Assembly: GCA_963707985.1 (NCBI GenBank)
Contig: CAVPRW010000003.1
Coordinates: 32,001 to 96,000, forward strand
Source: an uncultured Nitrospinota bacterium
GTDB taxonomy: Bacteria > Tectomicrobia > Entotheonellia > J063 > CAVPRW01
Length of the DNA: 64,000 nucleotides
Direction of reading: 5' to 3'
The notes under the pieces are model-generated. The model had not been told where the DNA came from, made no database searches, and worked only from the letters and a program-made list of their open reading frames with translations. Below, one piece after another: positions 10,477 to 20,836 of this stretch. The position numbers and the translations under genes are program-made. How positions within the stretch are numbered: position 1 is the first letter of the stretch; each line of letters opens with the position of its first letter.

Positions 10477-10547
10477 GGGTAGTGTCTCACTTTGCCTCCG
10501 AACTCATTGCTATATTTGGACAAAAAATTCAAACTGAGACACTACCC
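10477..10547. mobile_element. 71-bp MITE-like element with IS1-type ends
   Basis: 17/18 inverted repeat GGGTAGTGTCTCA(C/G)TTTG. Confidence 0.6.
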
Positions 10548-10888
10548 CACGCTGAGCATTGATAGTCATGCCCTCGTGTGTGCATCAGGGATCAGCCGGG
10601 TCCTCACATAGCATGACGGTCCACCGCGCGGCGTTATCTCAGTGACAGCCGGGTGCCCTGTACCATGCTTCCCAGAAAGGCATGTCGCCTGGTGCCGGTC
10701 CTCTGTAGGCCCCCGCTGGATAGCCCCAGCATAACGGTGTACAATCACGGCTGCTCCCCAAGTCATTGTATACTTCGCGCGCACGTGCCAGGTGTACTGC
10801 GCGGGGTCTTGGGTGATTCCTAGACGTGATCACCACGACGATCACGACGGAGAGGAATAGTGTGATCTTTCTATGAGGAGTTTGATCC

Positions 10889-11752
10889 ATGCCTGCTGCC
10901 AGTATGATGGAAGTCATCCCCAGCGGCGCACCGCTCGGGGCAGAAGTTGTTGGTGTCGACCTGTCTCAGGAGATGGATGACCAGACGTTCCACGCCATCG
11001 ATGCGGCGTACAACGAGCACATTGTCATCGTCTTTCGCAACCAGCAGCTCACACCCGCCCAGCACCTCCACTTCGCACGCCGTTTCGGCACCCTAGAGGT
11101 CAGCCCGCGCACGCAGTTCGCATTGCCCGGTTACCCGGAGATTTTACTCCTGTCGAATATTCTGGATGCGGCCGGCCAGCCGATTGGCAATGCCGATGCC
11201 GGACGCACCTGGCACACCGATCTGTCCTATACCGCCACACCGCCCCGCGGCTCGCTGCTCTACGCCATCGAAGTCCCGTACAACGAGCACGGCGAGGCCC
11301 TGGGCGAGACCCTCTTCGTCAGCACCGCCGCTGCCTATGAGGCGCTCCCCGCGTCTAGGCAACAGCAGTTACTCGGCTTACGAGCCATGCACCGAGCCGG
11401 TGCCAAACAGTATGCCCCGGGCAGCCAGCTCGCGGATGCGGTCAAGGACCTTCCCGACGTCAGCCACCCGGTGATTCGTACACATCCGGTGACGGGACGC
11501 CGCGCCATTTACGTGCGTGCCGGCGAATGCGTCGGTATCGTCGGCATGACCGATGAAGCGGCACTCCCCCTCATCCAGGAGTTATCCGACTTCGTGACCC
11601 GCCCCGAGTTCCTCTATCGGCACCAATGGCGCGTCGGCGACCTGCTCATGTGGGACAATTGCTGTGCCCAACACCTGGCGGTCAAAGATTATGACCTGCC
11701 GCAGCGCCGATTGATGCACCGCATCACGGTCAATGGCTCGGTGCCGGTGTAG
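10889..11752 (+). CDS. TauD/TfdA Fe(II)/2-oxoglutarate dioxygenase
   Basis: LGAEVVGVDL, WHTDLSY, HPVIRTHP.TGR, WDN...QH motifs. Confidence 0.95.
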   Translation: MPAASMMEVIPSGAPLGAEVVGVDLSQEMDDQTFHAIDAAYNEHIVIVFRNQQLTPAQHLHFARRFGTLEVSPRTQFALPGYPEILLLSNILDAAGQPIGNADAGRTWHTDLSYTATPPRGSLLYAIEVPYNEHGEALGETLFVSTAAAYEALPASRQQQLLGLRAMHRAGAKQYAPGSQLADAVKDLPDVSHPVIRTHPVTGRRAIYVRAGECVGIVGMTDEAALPLIQELSDFVTRPEFLYRHQWRVGDLLMWDNCCAQHLAVKDYDLPQRRLMHRITVNGSVPV

Positions 11753-12145
11753 CAGCTGAAAGCAGAAGAACACGGACCACGGGAAATATCGATCAGCACA
11801 AGAGAGTATAAGCGCGATCATGATTGACACGAGGGAGTCGCCCGACTATACTCCGGATATTCGCTCCGATGAAGTGGTGCCTCTCGACAGTGACGACTCT
11901 ACAGGCAAACTAGGGCGTGGGCACCGACCATCCCAGGGGTCACGCCAGGTGACGTGTCTCATCCTCCGAAACCATGTCGATCTCCAGGCAGGCGTTCAGC
12001 GCGGGAATGATCCTTTACCTTGCCGATAGGGCGTCTCATCCCCCGCATCAGCCTTTCTTGCCTGAAAGATCTTGTCGCTCCTCACACAGCATCGAGTATC
12101 CCGTAACCGAACCGAGGCTCGTACATCTCAGGACAGGAGGTTGCG

Positions 12146-13543
12146 ATGAGCACTCTCGACGTTACCATAACCCCCAGCACAGGCATTGGGTTCCACGACA
12201 TGAATCTCGCCTCATTGAGGGCACACTTTGGTGGGGAGCTGATCAGCCCCGATGACCCAGCCTATGAGTCGTCCAGGCGGGTCTGGAACGGCATGATTGA
12301 CAAGCGACCCGCGCTGATTGCCCGTTGTACAGGGGTCGCCGACGTCAGGCTGGGGATCGCGTTCGCCCGCACTCACGACTTGCTCGTGGCCATCCGTTGC
12401 GGGGGCCATAATGCCGCCGGCCATGCCACCTGTGACGGGGGTGTGGTGCTGGATCTGAGCCCAATGAAAGGCATTCGCGTCGATGCGGCCGGGCGTCGCG
12501 TCCGGGCGCAGGGGGGAGTCCTGTGGAGGGAGTTTGACCGTGAAACCCAGGTGTATGGCCTGGCCACCACGGGTGGGGCTGTCAACGACACCGGCATTGC
12601 CGGACTGACGCTGGGTGGAGGCATCGGCTGGCTGATGGGGAGCTACGGCCTTGCCTGTGACAACCTGGTGTCGGCCGACGTGGTGACATCCGACGGGGAA
12701 GTGATTACGGCCAACGCAACCGACCATCCGGACCTGTTCTGGGCCCTACGCGGCGGTGGTGGGAACTTCGGTGTGGTGACGAGCTTCGAATATCGGCTCC
12801 ATCCTGTCGGCCCGATGCTGGCCGGCATGGCCATCTATCCTCGGTCACAAGCGCGTGATATTCTGCGGGCTCAGCGTGATTTCTCGCAAGCCGCCCCGGA
12901 CCCCGTCGCGTCCTTCATCGGCCTGATGACCTCTCCGGACGGCGACCCCATCGTCGCGATCCCTATGGGCTATAACGGGCCACTGACGGAAGGCGAACGG
13001 CTATTGGCCCCGTTACGGCGCCTCGGAACGCCACTGTTTGACGACGTCAGCCCGAAAGCGTACGTCGACGTCCAGAAAATCTTCAGCCCTGACGCATTTC
13101 CACATGGGATGGCGCGCTACTGGAAGTCCAGTTTCCTGAAAGACCCCGGCGACCACGTGCTCGACATCGCCCTCGACTATGCCGCGCAGATGGCCTCACC
13201 ACATTCGATGATTCTGCTCTACCAGGTCCAGGGAGCGGCCAACCGTGTCCCGCCAGAGGCCACGGCCTTTGGGTTACGCGACTCATTGTGGAACCTTGAC
13301 GTAATCGGACAGTGGGTCGATGCCGCCGAGGCTGATCAGCACATCCGCTGGGTCCGTGAGTGTTGGGCGGCGTTGGAGCCCCATGCGACCGGTGGGGTGT
13401 ACGTCAATCATCTGGGGGCAGATGAGCCTGAACGGGTGCGGGCCGCCTATGGAAAGAACTATGCGCGTCTGGTGGAGGTAAAGCAGCAATACGACCCAAC
13501 GAACTTTTTCCGTTTAAATCAGAATATTAAGCCGGTTATGTAA
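12146..13543 (+). CDS. FAD-binding oxidoreductase (BBE/6-hydroxy-D-nicotine oxidase-like)
   Basis: RCGGHN flavinylation His, GLTLGGG, DLFWALRGGGGNFGVV, YVNH, K..YDP.NFFRLNQNI. Confidence 0.95.
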   Translation: MSTLDVTITPSTGIGFHDMNLASLRAHFGGELISPDDPAYESSRRVWNGMIDKRPALIARCTGVADVRLGIAFARTHDLLVAIRCGGHNAAGHATCDGGVVLDLSPMKGIRVDAAGRRVRAQGGVLWREFDRETQVYGLATTGGAVNDTGIAGLTLGGGIGWLMGSYGLACDNLVSADVVTSDGEVITANATDHPDLFWALRGGGGNFGVVTSFEYRLHPVGPMLAGMAIYPRSQARDILRAQRDFSQAAPDPVASFIGLMTSPDGDPIVAIPMGYNGPLTEGERLLAPLRRLGTPLFDDVSPKAYVDVQKIFSPDAFPHGMARYWKSSFLKDPGDHVLDIALDYAAQMASPHSMILLYQVQGAANRVPPEATAFGLRDSLWNLDVIGQWVDAAEADQHIRWVRECWAALEPHATGGVYVNHLGADEPERVRAAYGKNYARLVEVKQQYDPTNFFRLNQNIKPVM

Positions 13544-13616
13544 TATGATGTGGGGCAGACGGAGTAGGATAACGGCTGGGCAAATCATGAACATCCTCAC
13601 GGGCAAGGAGGGCAGC

Positions 13617-14486
13617 ATGGCCGCAACGCTTCACGATATCGTCCAGTCGTCCGAGGCGAAACGCCTGGCGACTGGTTTCGTGTTTACCGAAGGCCCCCTG
13701 TGGCATCCCGACGGCTACCTGCTGTTTGTGGACATCCGCCGCAGCGAAATCTTCAAACTGGTTCCGGGTGGCGAGCCAGAGCTCATACGGGAGCACAGCG
13801 GCGAATCCAACGGCATGACCTTTGACACCCACGGGCGGGTGGTCATTTGCGAGATGGTCAACCGCCGCGTGACCCGCATGGAGGCTGATGGCTCGTTCAC
13901 CGTGCTGGCCGACCAATGGGACCACAAGCGCTTAAACCGCCCCAATGACGTGGTGGGCAAGTCCGACGGGAGTCTTTACTTTACCAATCCGGGGAGAGAG
14001 CGTCTCGATCCTTCAGCGGTGGACATGGCGTTCAATAGTGTGCACCGCATCAGACCCGACGGCACAGTGGATCTCGTGATCCCAAACGTCGACTATCCCA
14101 ATGGCATAGCGTTCTCTCCTGACGAGCGCATCCTATATGTCTCCAACACGCGGCCCGGCCAGTATATTCTGGCCTACGACGTGCACCCCGACGGCACGGT
14201 CTCGAACGGCAGGCACTTCGCGGATATGGCCTCCGCAGATGCGACGAACGGCGTCCCCGACGGCATGAAAGTGGACCGCGAGGGCCGCGTCTACTGCACC
14301 GGCCCCGGTGGATGCTGGGTTTTCGATCCCTCTGGTGAGCTGATTGGTGTCATCCGCCTGCCGGAATATCCCGCCAACTGTGCGTGGGGAGGCCCCGATC
14401 ATCAGACCATGTTCTTCACCGCCAACACCTCGATCTACAGTATGCGCATGAAAACGCCCGGTACCAGGATTCCGCGCGCCTCGTAG
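13617..14486 (+). CDS. SMP-30/gluconolactonase family protein
   Basis: FTEGPLW, LNRPND, PNGIAFSPDE, PDGMKVD motifs. Confidence 0.95.
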   Translation: MAATLHDIVQSSEAKRLATGFVFTEGPLWHPDGYLLFVDIRRSEIFKLVPGGEPELIREHSGESNGMTFDTHGRVVICEMVNRRVTRMEADGSFTVLADQWDHKRLNRPNDVVGKSDGSLYFTNPGRERLDPSAVDMAFNSVHRIRPDGTVDLVIPNVDYPNGIAFSPDERILYVSNTRPGQYILAYDVHPDGTVSNGRHFADMASADATNGVPDGMKVDREGRVYCTGPGGCWVFDPSGELIGVIRLPEYPANCAWGGPDHQTMFFTANTSIYSMRMKTPGTRIPRAS

Positions 14487-14563
14487 GAGAGTAGTTAGTG
14501 CACGGGGGCTCCTAGCCTGCGGCCGAGAGGAAAAGATCTCCATCCTAGCCGTCTTCAGGCTTC

Positions 14564-14631
14564 GTACCTATCTCAATAGATGAGAAAAGTCGCTGTGTTA
14601 GAGGCTGCTGACGTCCTATTGAGATAGGTAC
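14564..14631. repeat. 68-bp element bounded by a perfect 16-bp inverted repeat
   Basis: GTACCTATCTCAATAG (14564-14579) and CTATTGAGATAGGTAC (14616-14631). Confidence 0.7.
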
Positions 14632-15188
14632 TTGAACGGGCGCCAACATTCACCAGAGAAGCAGATAGCCCAGTAGACCTCATGCCTTATTTCACGCGCC
14701 CTGCAATGGGCGACAGCGGGATACCGGCTGGCAGGAACTGGCCGTAGCCTGGTGGCTGCTCCAGCGCATGGTCTCTGAGAGGACTCCATGATCGGGAGCG
14801 GCCGACGAAGTGAGGTATATGGCTGTCGTGGTGCCCCAGGCAAGTATACGGCGAGGGCCATGATGCGCACGGGCGTTCCGTACGGTGATGAATGGGCGTC
14901 AATGCCGTTTGATGGCGTGCTGGCCAGGGGGTCGACCTGCTCCATTGCCGTGGCCGCGTGTCCTATCGGACTCTGAAGTGCTGAGTCGATTGGGATGATG
15001 AGTCCTGGAGGATGCGAAAGCCGAGCGCATAGAGCCCCAGTATGTGGCGGTTGAAGCGGCGGACAGAGGCCTCGTCCGGACTTGCGGTGCAGCCTTCGCA
15101 GGAGAGGATGTCATCCATGCACATGGTATCCAGATGATCAAGAATCGCCAAGCGCCTACAGGCTCCAAGGACGCCGGAGCATCATCAT

Positions 15189-16064
15189 GTGCAAGCAGAG
15201 CAAGGGAATCTCTGGCTAGAGCCGTATACACGCTACCCATATGAGCGGACTCCCGCATCCTCGACGCCTCAACCGACGATTGCCACCCTTAGGAAACCAG
15301 CATCACGGCAGCCTGCAGAGACCAAAAACGGTCAACGCACACTCCAGGACCTGCTTTTCCCAGAAGGTCTGCTCGCTGCACGGCTGTCGGTTGGTCTCGA
15401 CTCGCTCGATGATCTGCAAAGCCAACTGGTACAGCACCTGAACCAGAACAGCCTGGAGACCAGAACCCGTTATGCTCGATCGATTCTGAAGTGGTTCTTT
15501 CCCAATGGGCTTGGGAGCTTGGTGCGTCATGTCTGGGCTGCCTACAACGACGAGAGCGTGGCAGCGGACATCCTGCGGTACCTCTACCTCGTATCAGAAC
15601 CGATCATGGGCGCCTGTGTGGCGGAGGCCCTGTACCCACTCGAAGAGGGGATGCTCATCCCAGCGGACTACTTTGATCGCTTCTTGAGCAATCATCTGGG
15701 CGGGGAGCCACCGCCAAAAACTCGTCAACGTCTCAAGACCAATCTCATGAAGCTGGGGTTCTTGGCGCGTGCGCGTGGCAAGCCTGACAGGCTCCGGCCG
15801 GTCATCCCGACGAACACGGCATTCCTCATCGTGTTGCATCACCTGTTCGCCCCGAACGGACCGCGGACCGTCGAGATGCGCTATCTCTTTGCCAACCCAT
15901 TTTGGAAATACCTCGGCTTCAAGTCTGAGGACGCGGTGCGCGCAATGTTACGCAGCGCCGATGCGGCTGGGCTGCTTGGGAAATACATTGTGGCAGATCA
16001 GCTCGAGCAGGTCACGACGTGCCTAACCCTCCAGGACATCTTCGCACGGAAGGTGCGGCTATGA
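15189..16064 (+). CDS. BrxA-like (DUF1819-like) protein; start uncertain
   Basis: LNQNSLETRTRYARSI.K.F and KTRQRLKTNL.KLGFL pattern; directly upstream of BrxB-like and BrxC-like genes. Confidence 0.55.
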   Translation: MQAEQGNLWLEPYTRYPYERTPASSTPQPTIATLRKPASRQPAETKNGQRTLQDLLFPEGLLAARLSVGLDSLDDLQSQLVQHLNQNSLETRTRYARSILKWFFPNGLGSLVRHVWAAYNDESVAADILRYLYLVSEPIMGACVAEALYPLEEGMLIPADYFDRFLSNHLGGEPPPKTRQRLKTNLMKLGFLARARGKPDRLRPVIPTNTAFLIVLHHLFAPNGPRTVEMRYLFANPFWKYLGFKSEDAVRAMLRSADAAGLLGKYIVADQLEQVTTCLTLQDIFARKVRL

Positions 16065-16532
16065 AGACAGCCGCCGATCTCTGTCGCCCTGACTCGGCAG
16101 AAGACCTGGGATAAGGATGTGGTGCTGTGGGTCGGCGCAGAGCATGCGCTCCTGCATATCCTGGCCCAGATCCCGTATGTGGTCCTCGACCTCCTCGATC
16201 TGTTCGATGAGGAGTGCTTGCCAATGGATGATGAGGAAACGCGGGTGCAGCTGCTGCGCGGCCTACGCCACCAGCTCCAGTCGTTTCAGGTCGGTCCGGA
16301 GAGACGTACCGTGCTCGTCGTGAAGTCCATCGGCCTCCTCGCCCGGTATCACGCGGGTGTGCGGGAGTTTTACGAGTGGTTCTGCGGCGACTTCGCCATG
16401 GTCGTGTTGATCCGCGATGGCCTCCTCGATGAGCGCGTCTGGTCCGAGGAGGTGGCATGCGACGCGGACCGCCTGCTCACATACTTTCACGAGCCCGGAG
16501 TCGTCAAGCAGGTCTTTGGGGAGAAAGGGTAA
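16061..16532 (+). CDS. BrxB/BrxF-like small degenerate P-loop protein (+1 frameshift near 16110)
   Basis: ATG at 16061 overlaps the upstream stop (ATGA); VLVVKSIGLLARY and MVVLI strands; an extra G in GGG breaks the frame. Confidence 0.55.
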
Positions 16533-16535
16533 CCC

Positions 16536-19500
16536 ATGAGCATTCGCGAGCGCGACAGGATCATCGCCGTCAAGCCGGAGCCGCAGACGACGCCGAGTCT
16601 GGCACAGGCGATCACGCGCGCCAAGGCGTATGAGACCGTGGGCGATTACCATTTCACCCCATCTCTACGGGCTCACTTCAAACGTGTCTTCGATGGCATC
16701 GCGCACCGCAAGGGGCAGGGCTTTTGGGTGCAGGCCGAATACGGCGCCGGCAAGACCCATTTTCTGGGCGCACTCATCGATCTCCTCATCTGGCGTGACG
16801 CAGACGTGTGGGACGCCGTACGCGATGCGGAGATCAAAAGCGACTATGCGGCGGCGCTCGCCAAGGTGAAGATGTTTCCTGTGGCCTTCTCGCTGCGTGG
16901 GATGGGTGAGTCCAGCGAGAGTGATAGCCTGATGCGCATCTTCGAGGAGCAGATCAGGGAGAGTATCAGGACGTTTGCTCCCGAGCTTGCTGAGCAGGTG
17001 AAAGTCACCTCTCCAGAGTTGGCGGCCCACTGGTATGCGGAGGAGGCGAGCGACGACGAACAGGCGGGCGTGGCGAAGTTCTTCCGCCGCGAACACGCCT
17101 GTACACCTGAGGAATATCGGGCGCAGTCCGGGGTCAGGAAGTTCGGTCAGGAACTCGTGCGCTCTAAACTGCCCGAGGGCCGTCTGCGCGGCAAATTCAA
17201 GGAACGGTTTGCGTTCATCTACGAGCAGATGACCAAAATGGGGGGCTATGACGGCAGGCTCTTCGTCGTGGACGAGTTCCGCTCCTGGCAAGACCGCCAT
17301 GTGGCAGGCACCGCGGCCTATGCCGAGGATGAGGAGGTCCTCGAGACCCTAGCGTTCGTCTTGCCGTCCCAGCACTGCAACATCGTCACGCTGATCGCCA
17401 GCCAGGGGGATATGCCGCAGAAGCTGTCTGGGGGTGGCGAGGGCGATCGCTTTATCCCCTGATACCTCCTGGCGGACAAGAACAAAGGGGATTTCGGCGA
17501 GATTGTCGGATTCCGGTGCCGGGAGCTGAGTCAGGGGGCGGCGACTGACATCAAGGACTACTACGACTACTGCCGCAAGGAGTACTCGCTTCATCCGGCA
17601 ATCCAACATCTCCCTCGATTACTTTACGGCCATCTTCCCCTTCCAGCCACGGTGCTTCGACGTGATGCGCCGGATGACACAGAACGCCGAGAGGCATAAC
17701 CTCCCGACCGCCCGCTCGGCCATCCGCATGGCCTGGCAGACTCTGTCGAATCCAGTGCTGTTGCAAGGCAAGCGCCTCCTGACGCTGGCGGACATCATGC
17801 ACAGCGACGAACTGCAGAAAGGGCTGAACTCTGAGTACTACCGCGATGGCTATCTCAACGTCTGTGGGGCGATCGAGCAGCTCTCCGAGCTGGACATCGC
17901 CCCCGAAGAGCGTGAGCAGGCCCAGCGCCTGGTCGAGATCCTGTACCTGTGGGGCATCAGTCTGCCGGAGAACTTGCGAGACGGTCTCACCGCCCAGGAA
18001 GTGGCGGAGGCGGCATGGCTCTCGGACGATGCCGTAGGCGCGACGGCGCAGGCCGAACATTTGCTGGAGCAGTTGGTGCAGGGTGGCTTTCCCATTCGGG
18101 AAGAGAAGCGGACGCCAAGAAGGTCTTCGCCGGACTCTTCCACAAGGACCCTGCCAGAGCGGAAAAAGACGCAGTGGCCAACTTCGCCACCGGCCTATAG
18201 CTTGTCGCCAAGTCGCATCCTGCCGACTTCAACCCGACCGCCTCACAGGCTCTGGCCAAGGTGCGCGAGCACGTGGCGGGACGATCGGACCGGCCCTTGT
18301 CCGATCTGAAGGCAGCTCTGTATCGTCTACCCTACGGGCTGACAGAGTCGATGGTGACGCTGTACGTCTTCGCGCTGATCAAGTCCGGGGGCTTCGAGCT
18401 GGCCCTCAATCCGAATGCTGGGGCCACGCTCAGCGATGGCCGGCCCGTACCAGGCGATCGACTCACGGCGCATACCCTGCCCCTGTGTGAGTGGAACACC
18501 CGGCTCGACAGAGCCCTGCTCGGCTCCCGACTCGTCGAATCGCTGCACAAGGGGTGGAATGAAGTCCTCCCTTACGCGCGTATTCTCGACCCCGACCTGA
18601 AGCCTGCCACCACCCCCGACGAGGAGCAGGCGCGCAACGAATCGCTCCTAGAGACCCTCGCACAGTTGCAAGCTGAGATCCCTGAGGTGGACAAGAGTCT
18701 GGTCGAACTAGCCGGTGTTCTCAATGGCTCTATGCCACCAAGTCTCAAGGAGGTTCTGGCACGCTATCGCGGCTTGACCACTACCGCCAGCTACCAAGCA
18801 TTCGAGGCGGCCGTGCGCGAGAGCTATGCGGACAAGGACGCCTTTGCCGTGGCACACACGCAGTACGACAGGGCGCGCCAAGTGCGCGACCGTGCTTTCC
18901 AGGTGAGCCAGACTGGTCGATTACCTGCACAGGGCATGCGCCGTGGACGAGGACATCGAGTTCGAGCGCACGGCGCTCCTGAGTATGCTTGGCTTTGAGT
19001 CGATGCTGCATGACCCATCGCTGATTGGGGCGCGCGAGGAAACCTTCGCCCGCTGGAAGACGCGCTACGTCCATGCCTACCGTAAGGCACACCGGGCGCA
19101 TTACGAGGCTGTGGCTGCCCTGGCTGCAAAGCTGGAGACCTTACGTCCCAAAGCACGAGCACTGACGCGGATGAATAGCATCGTCGAACTGGGGCCTCCG
19201 CTGGCCGTCACTGCCGCTGTCGCCGGTGATCTCAAGGCGATCGAGGATGCCCTGTGGGTGTGCCCGGACGCTGCAGAAGCCGCTGTTGCCGGGAAGGACG
19301 CGCTCTGCCCCAGGTGCCAGTGGCATCCAGGCACGACACTGCCCGTGGAAGCCTTGTCGCGCTTGACAGCTCTGGTCTCGCAGGGACTTGCCGACCGTTT
19401 TCAGCGGTTCAAAGACGCGGCGATTGCGGCGATCCTCAAGAAGGCTGCAGCAGAAAAGAAAAAGCCCGGACTTGATGATCTCCTGGATATTATTCAGGTC

Positions 19501-19812
19501 GCTGACGCTGACCGGCTCGCTGGAGTGCTGAACGATGACCTCGTCGCGTTCCTGCGCCAAACCCTCTACGACGAGAACCTCGTGGATGAACAACTCTCAC
19601 TGGCGCCGATCCTGCAACACATCGGTGCCATCGACGAGACGCGTGTGGAAGAGGCTGTTTCGACGCTGGCGCGGCTCCTGACGAAGGCCATCAAGGACGC
19701 CAAGGCCAAGCATGGGCCGAGCAAGCGCGTGCGGGTTTTCCTCACGCTTGACACCCCACTCGCCGGCATACCGGCCACAGGACTCGGGCCTCAGGGAGAA
19801 GAGACGCCATGA
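16536..19812 (+). pseudogene. BrxC/DUF6079-like large P-loop ATPase, disrupted
   Basis: Walker A AEYGAGKTH, Walker B LFVVDEF, FPFQP, LPYGL, C-terminal C..CPRC; in-frame stops at 17460 and 18198, frameshifts near 17587, 18108 and 18915. Confidence 0.75.
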
Positions 19813-19993
19813 GTAGCACGGTAGATCCACTCAATACCAGGACACTCTAAGCACGCTCCTGGCGAACCATACGGGTGTAGGCCCTCCTCGGGTTTCGGTG
19901 TGCGTGGGGGATTCAATGTAGGTATAATCTCGCCTCATAAGCTGCAGGCTGAACAATATATTTATTCGGTCGTTAGGAGTCAGGAGTATTACC

Positions 19994-20230
19994 ATGAGTC
20001 GAACTGTCACGCTTCCGGATGCCCTCTATTTCAGTCTGGAGCAGACTGCTCATGCTCACGGCTTCAGCAGTATTGCCCAATTGCTTGAGAGCTGGCAGTC
20101 CCGTGAGGATGCTCTGCACCACCGTCAAGAGATAGTAGCCCGGATCGATGCACTCCGTGAGCGCCTCTGCGCAACTTATGGTGTGTTTCCGGACAGTACA
20201 GAGGATATCAGGGAAGACCGGGCACGATAA
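19994..20230 (+). CDS. Putative antitoxin (VapB-like)
   Basis: MSRTVTLPDALY N-terminus and DSTEDIREDR C-terminus; translationally coupled to the PIN gene. Confidence 0.8.
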   Translation: MSRTVTLPDALYFSLEQTAHAHGFSSIAQLLESWQSREDALHHRQEIVARIDALRERLCATYGVFPDSTEDIREDRAR

Positions 20231-20661
20231 TGATCGACCGTGTTGTGGTGGACAGTAGCGTGGCTATCAAGTGGTTTGTCGAAGAGCCCTACTCAGTCGA
20301 AGCCCATCGACTGCTGGAGGGGTATCGGGACGGCACGCATACTCTGCTTGCCCCGGATCTGCTGTATGCAGAGGTGGGCAATATCGTCTGGGAAAAACAC
20401 CGCTTCCAGGGCTTCGCAGTAGAAGATGCCGCAGAGATCCTCACGGCTTTTCGCTCCGTGACTTTCGTGGTGACCTCATGCGCTGTACTATTGGAGGAGG
20501 CGTATCGATTGGCGGTGAGCTACCAACGCACGGTCTATGATGCCATGTATCTCGCGCTGAGCCTGCGTGAGCACTGTCCATGGGTGACTGCCGACGAGAG
20601 AATAGCTAATGCGCTGGGTGCAACACTGCCACAGATTATCTGGGTTGCAAACTGGTCGTAG
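20230..20661 (+). CDS. vapC: VapC PIN-domain toxin
   Basis: VVDSSVAIKW, APDLLYAEVGN, TVYDAMYLALS, VTADER. Confidence 0.9.
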   Translation: MIDRVVVDSSVAIKWFVEEPYSVEAHRLLEGYRDGTHTLLAPDLLYAEVGNIVWEKHRFQGFAVEDAAEILTAFRSVTFVVTSCAVLLEEAYRLAVSYQRTVYDAMYLALSLREHCPWVTADERIANALGATLPQIIWVANWS

Positions 20662-20673
20662 CGCGCAACCTTC

Positions 20674-20754
20674 GCCTAGCACGGGTTGCAGCCGACTGCC
20701 TCTAGCCTCCGTTGCGCTGCGGCTTCCGGCAGCGACAGAAACCTCGCGTGATCC
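20674..20754 (+). other. Degenerate integron attC site
   Basis: GCCTAGC (R'') ... GGTTGCAGCCGACTGCC pairing with GGCAGCGACAGAAACC with an unpaired base ... GTGATCC (R'); 12 nt after the vapC stop. Confidence 0.6.
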
Positions 20755-20836
20755 GGCCGACTTCGCACAGCTCATGGCACAGTATTCTGACACAGTAGCT
20801 CGCGACTACCTGGAGCAAACACGGGAGATCATTACA

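Noticed and set aside
10600..10660. GACAGCCGGGTGCC resembling the 3' end of a c-di-GMP-I riboswitch
   Set aside because: The upstream GGCAAA, GAAA and GACGCAAA elements are not present.
14640..15190. Possible degraded gene (methylase or DprA-like) upstream of the brxA-like ORF
   Set aside because: Only short open stretches with no recognisable motif.
19812..19910. Possible divergent intI remnant on the minus strand next to the attI-like site
   Set aside because: Only a weak EWIYR resemblance; not supportable.
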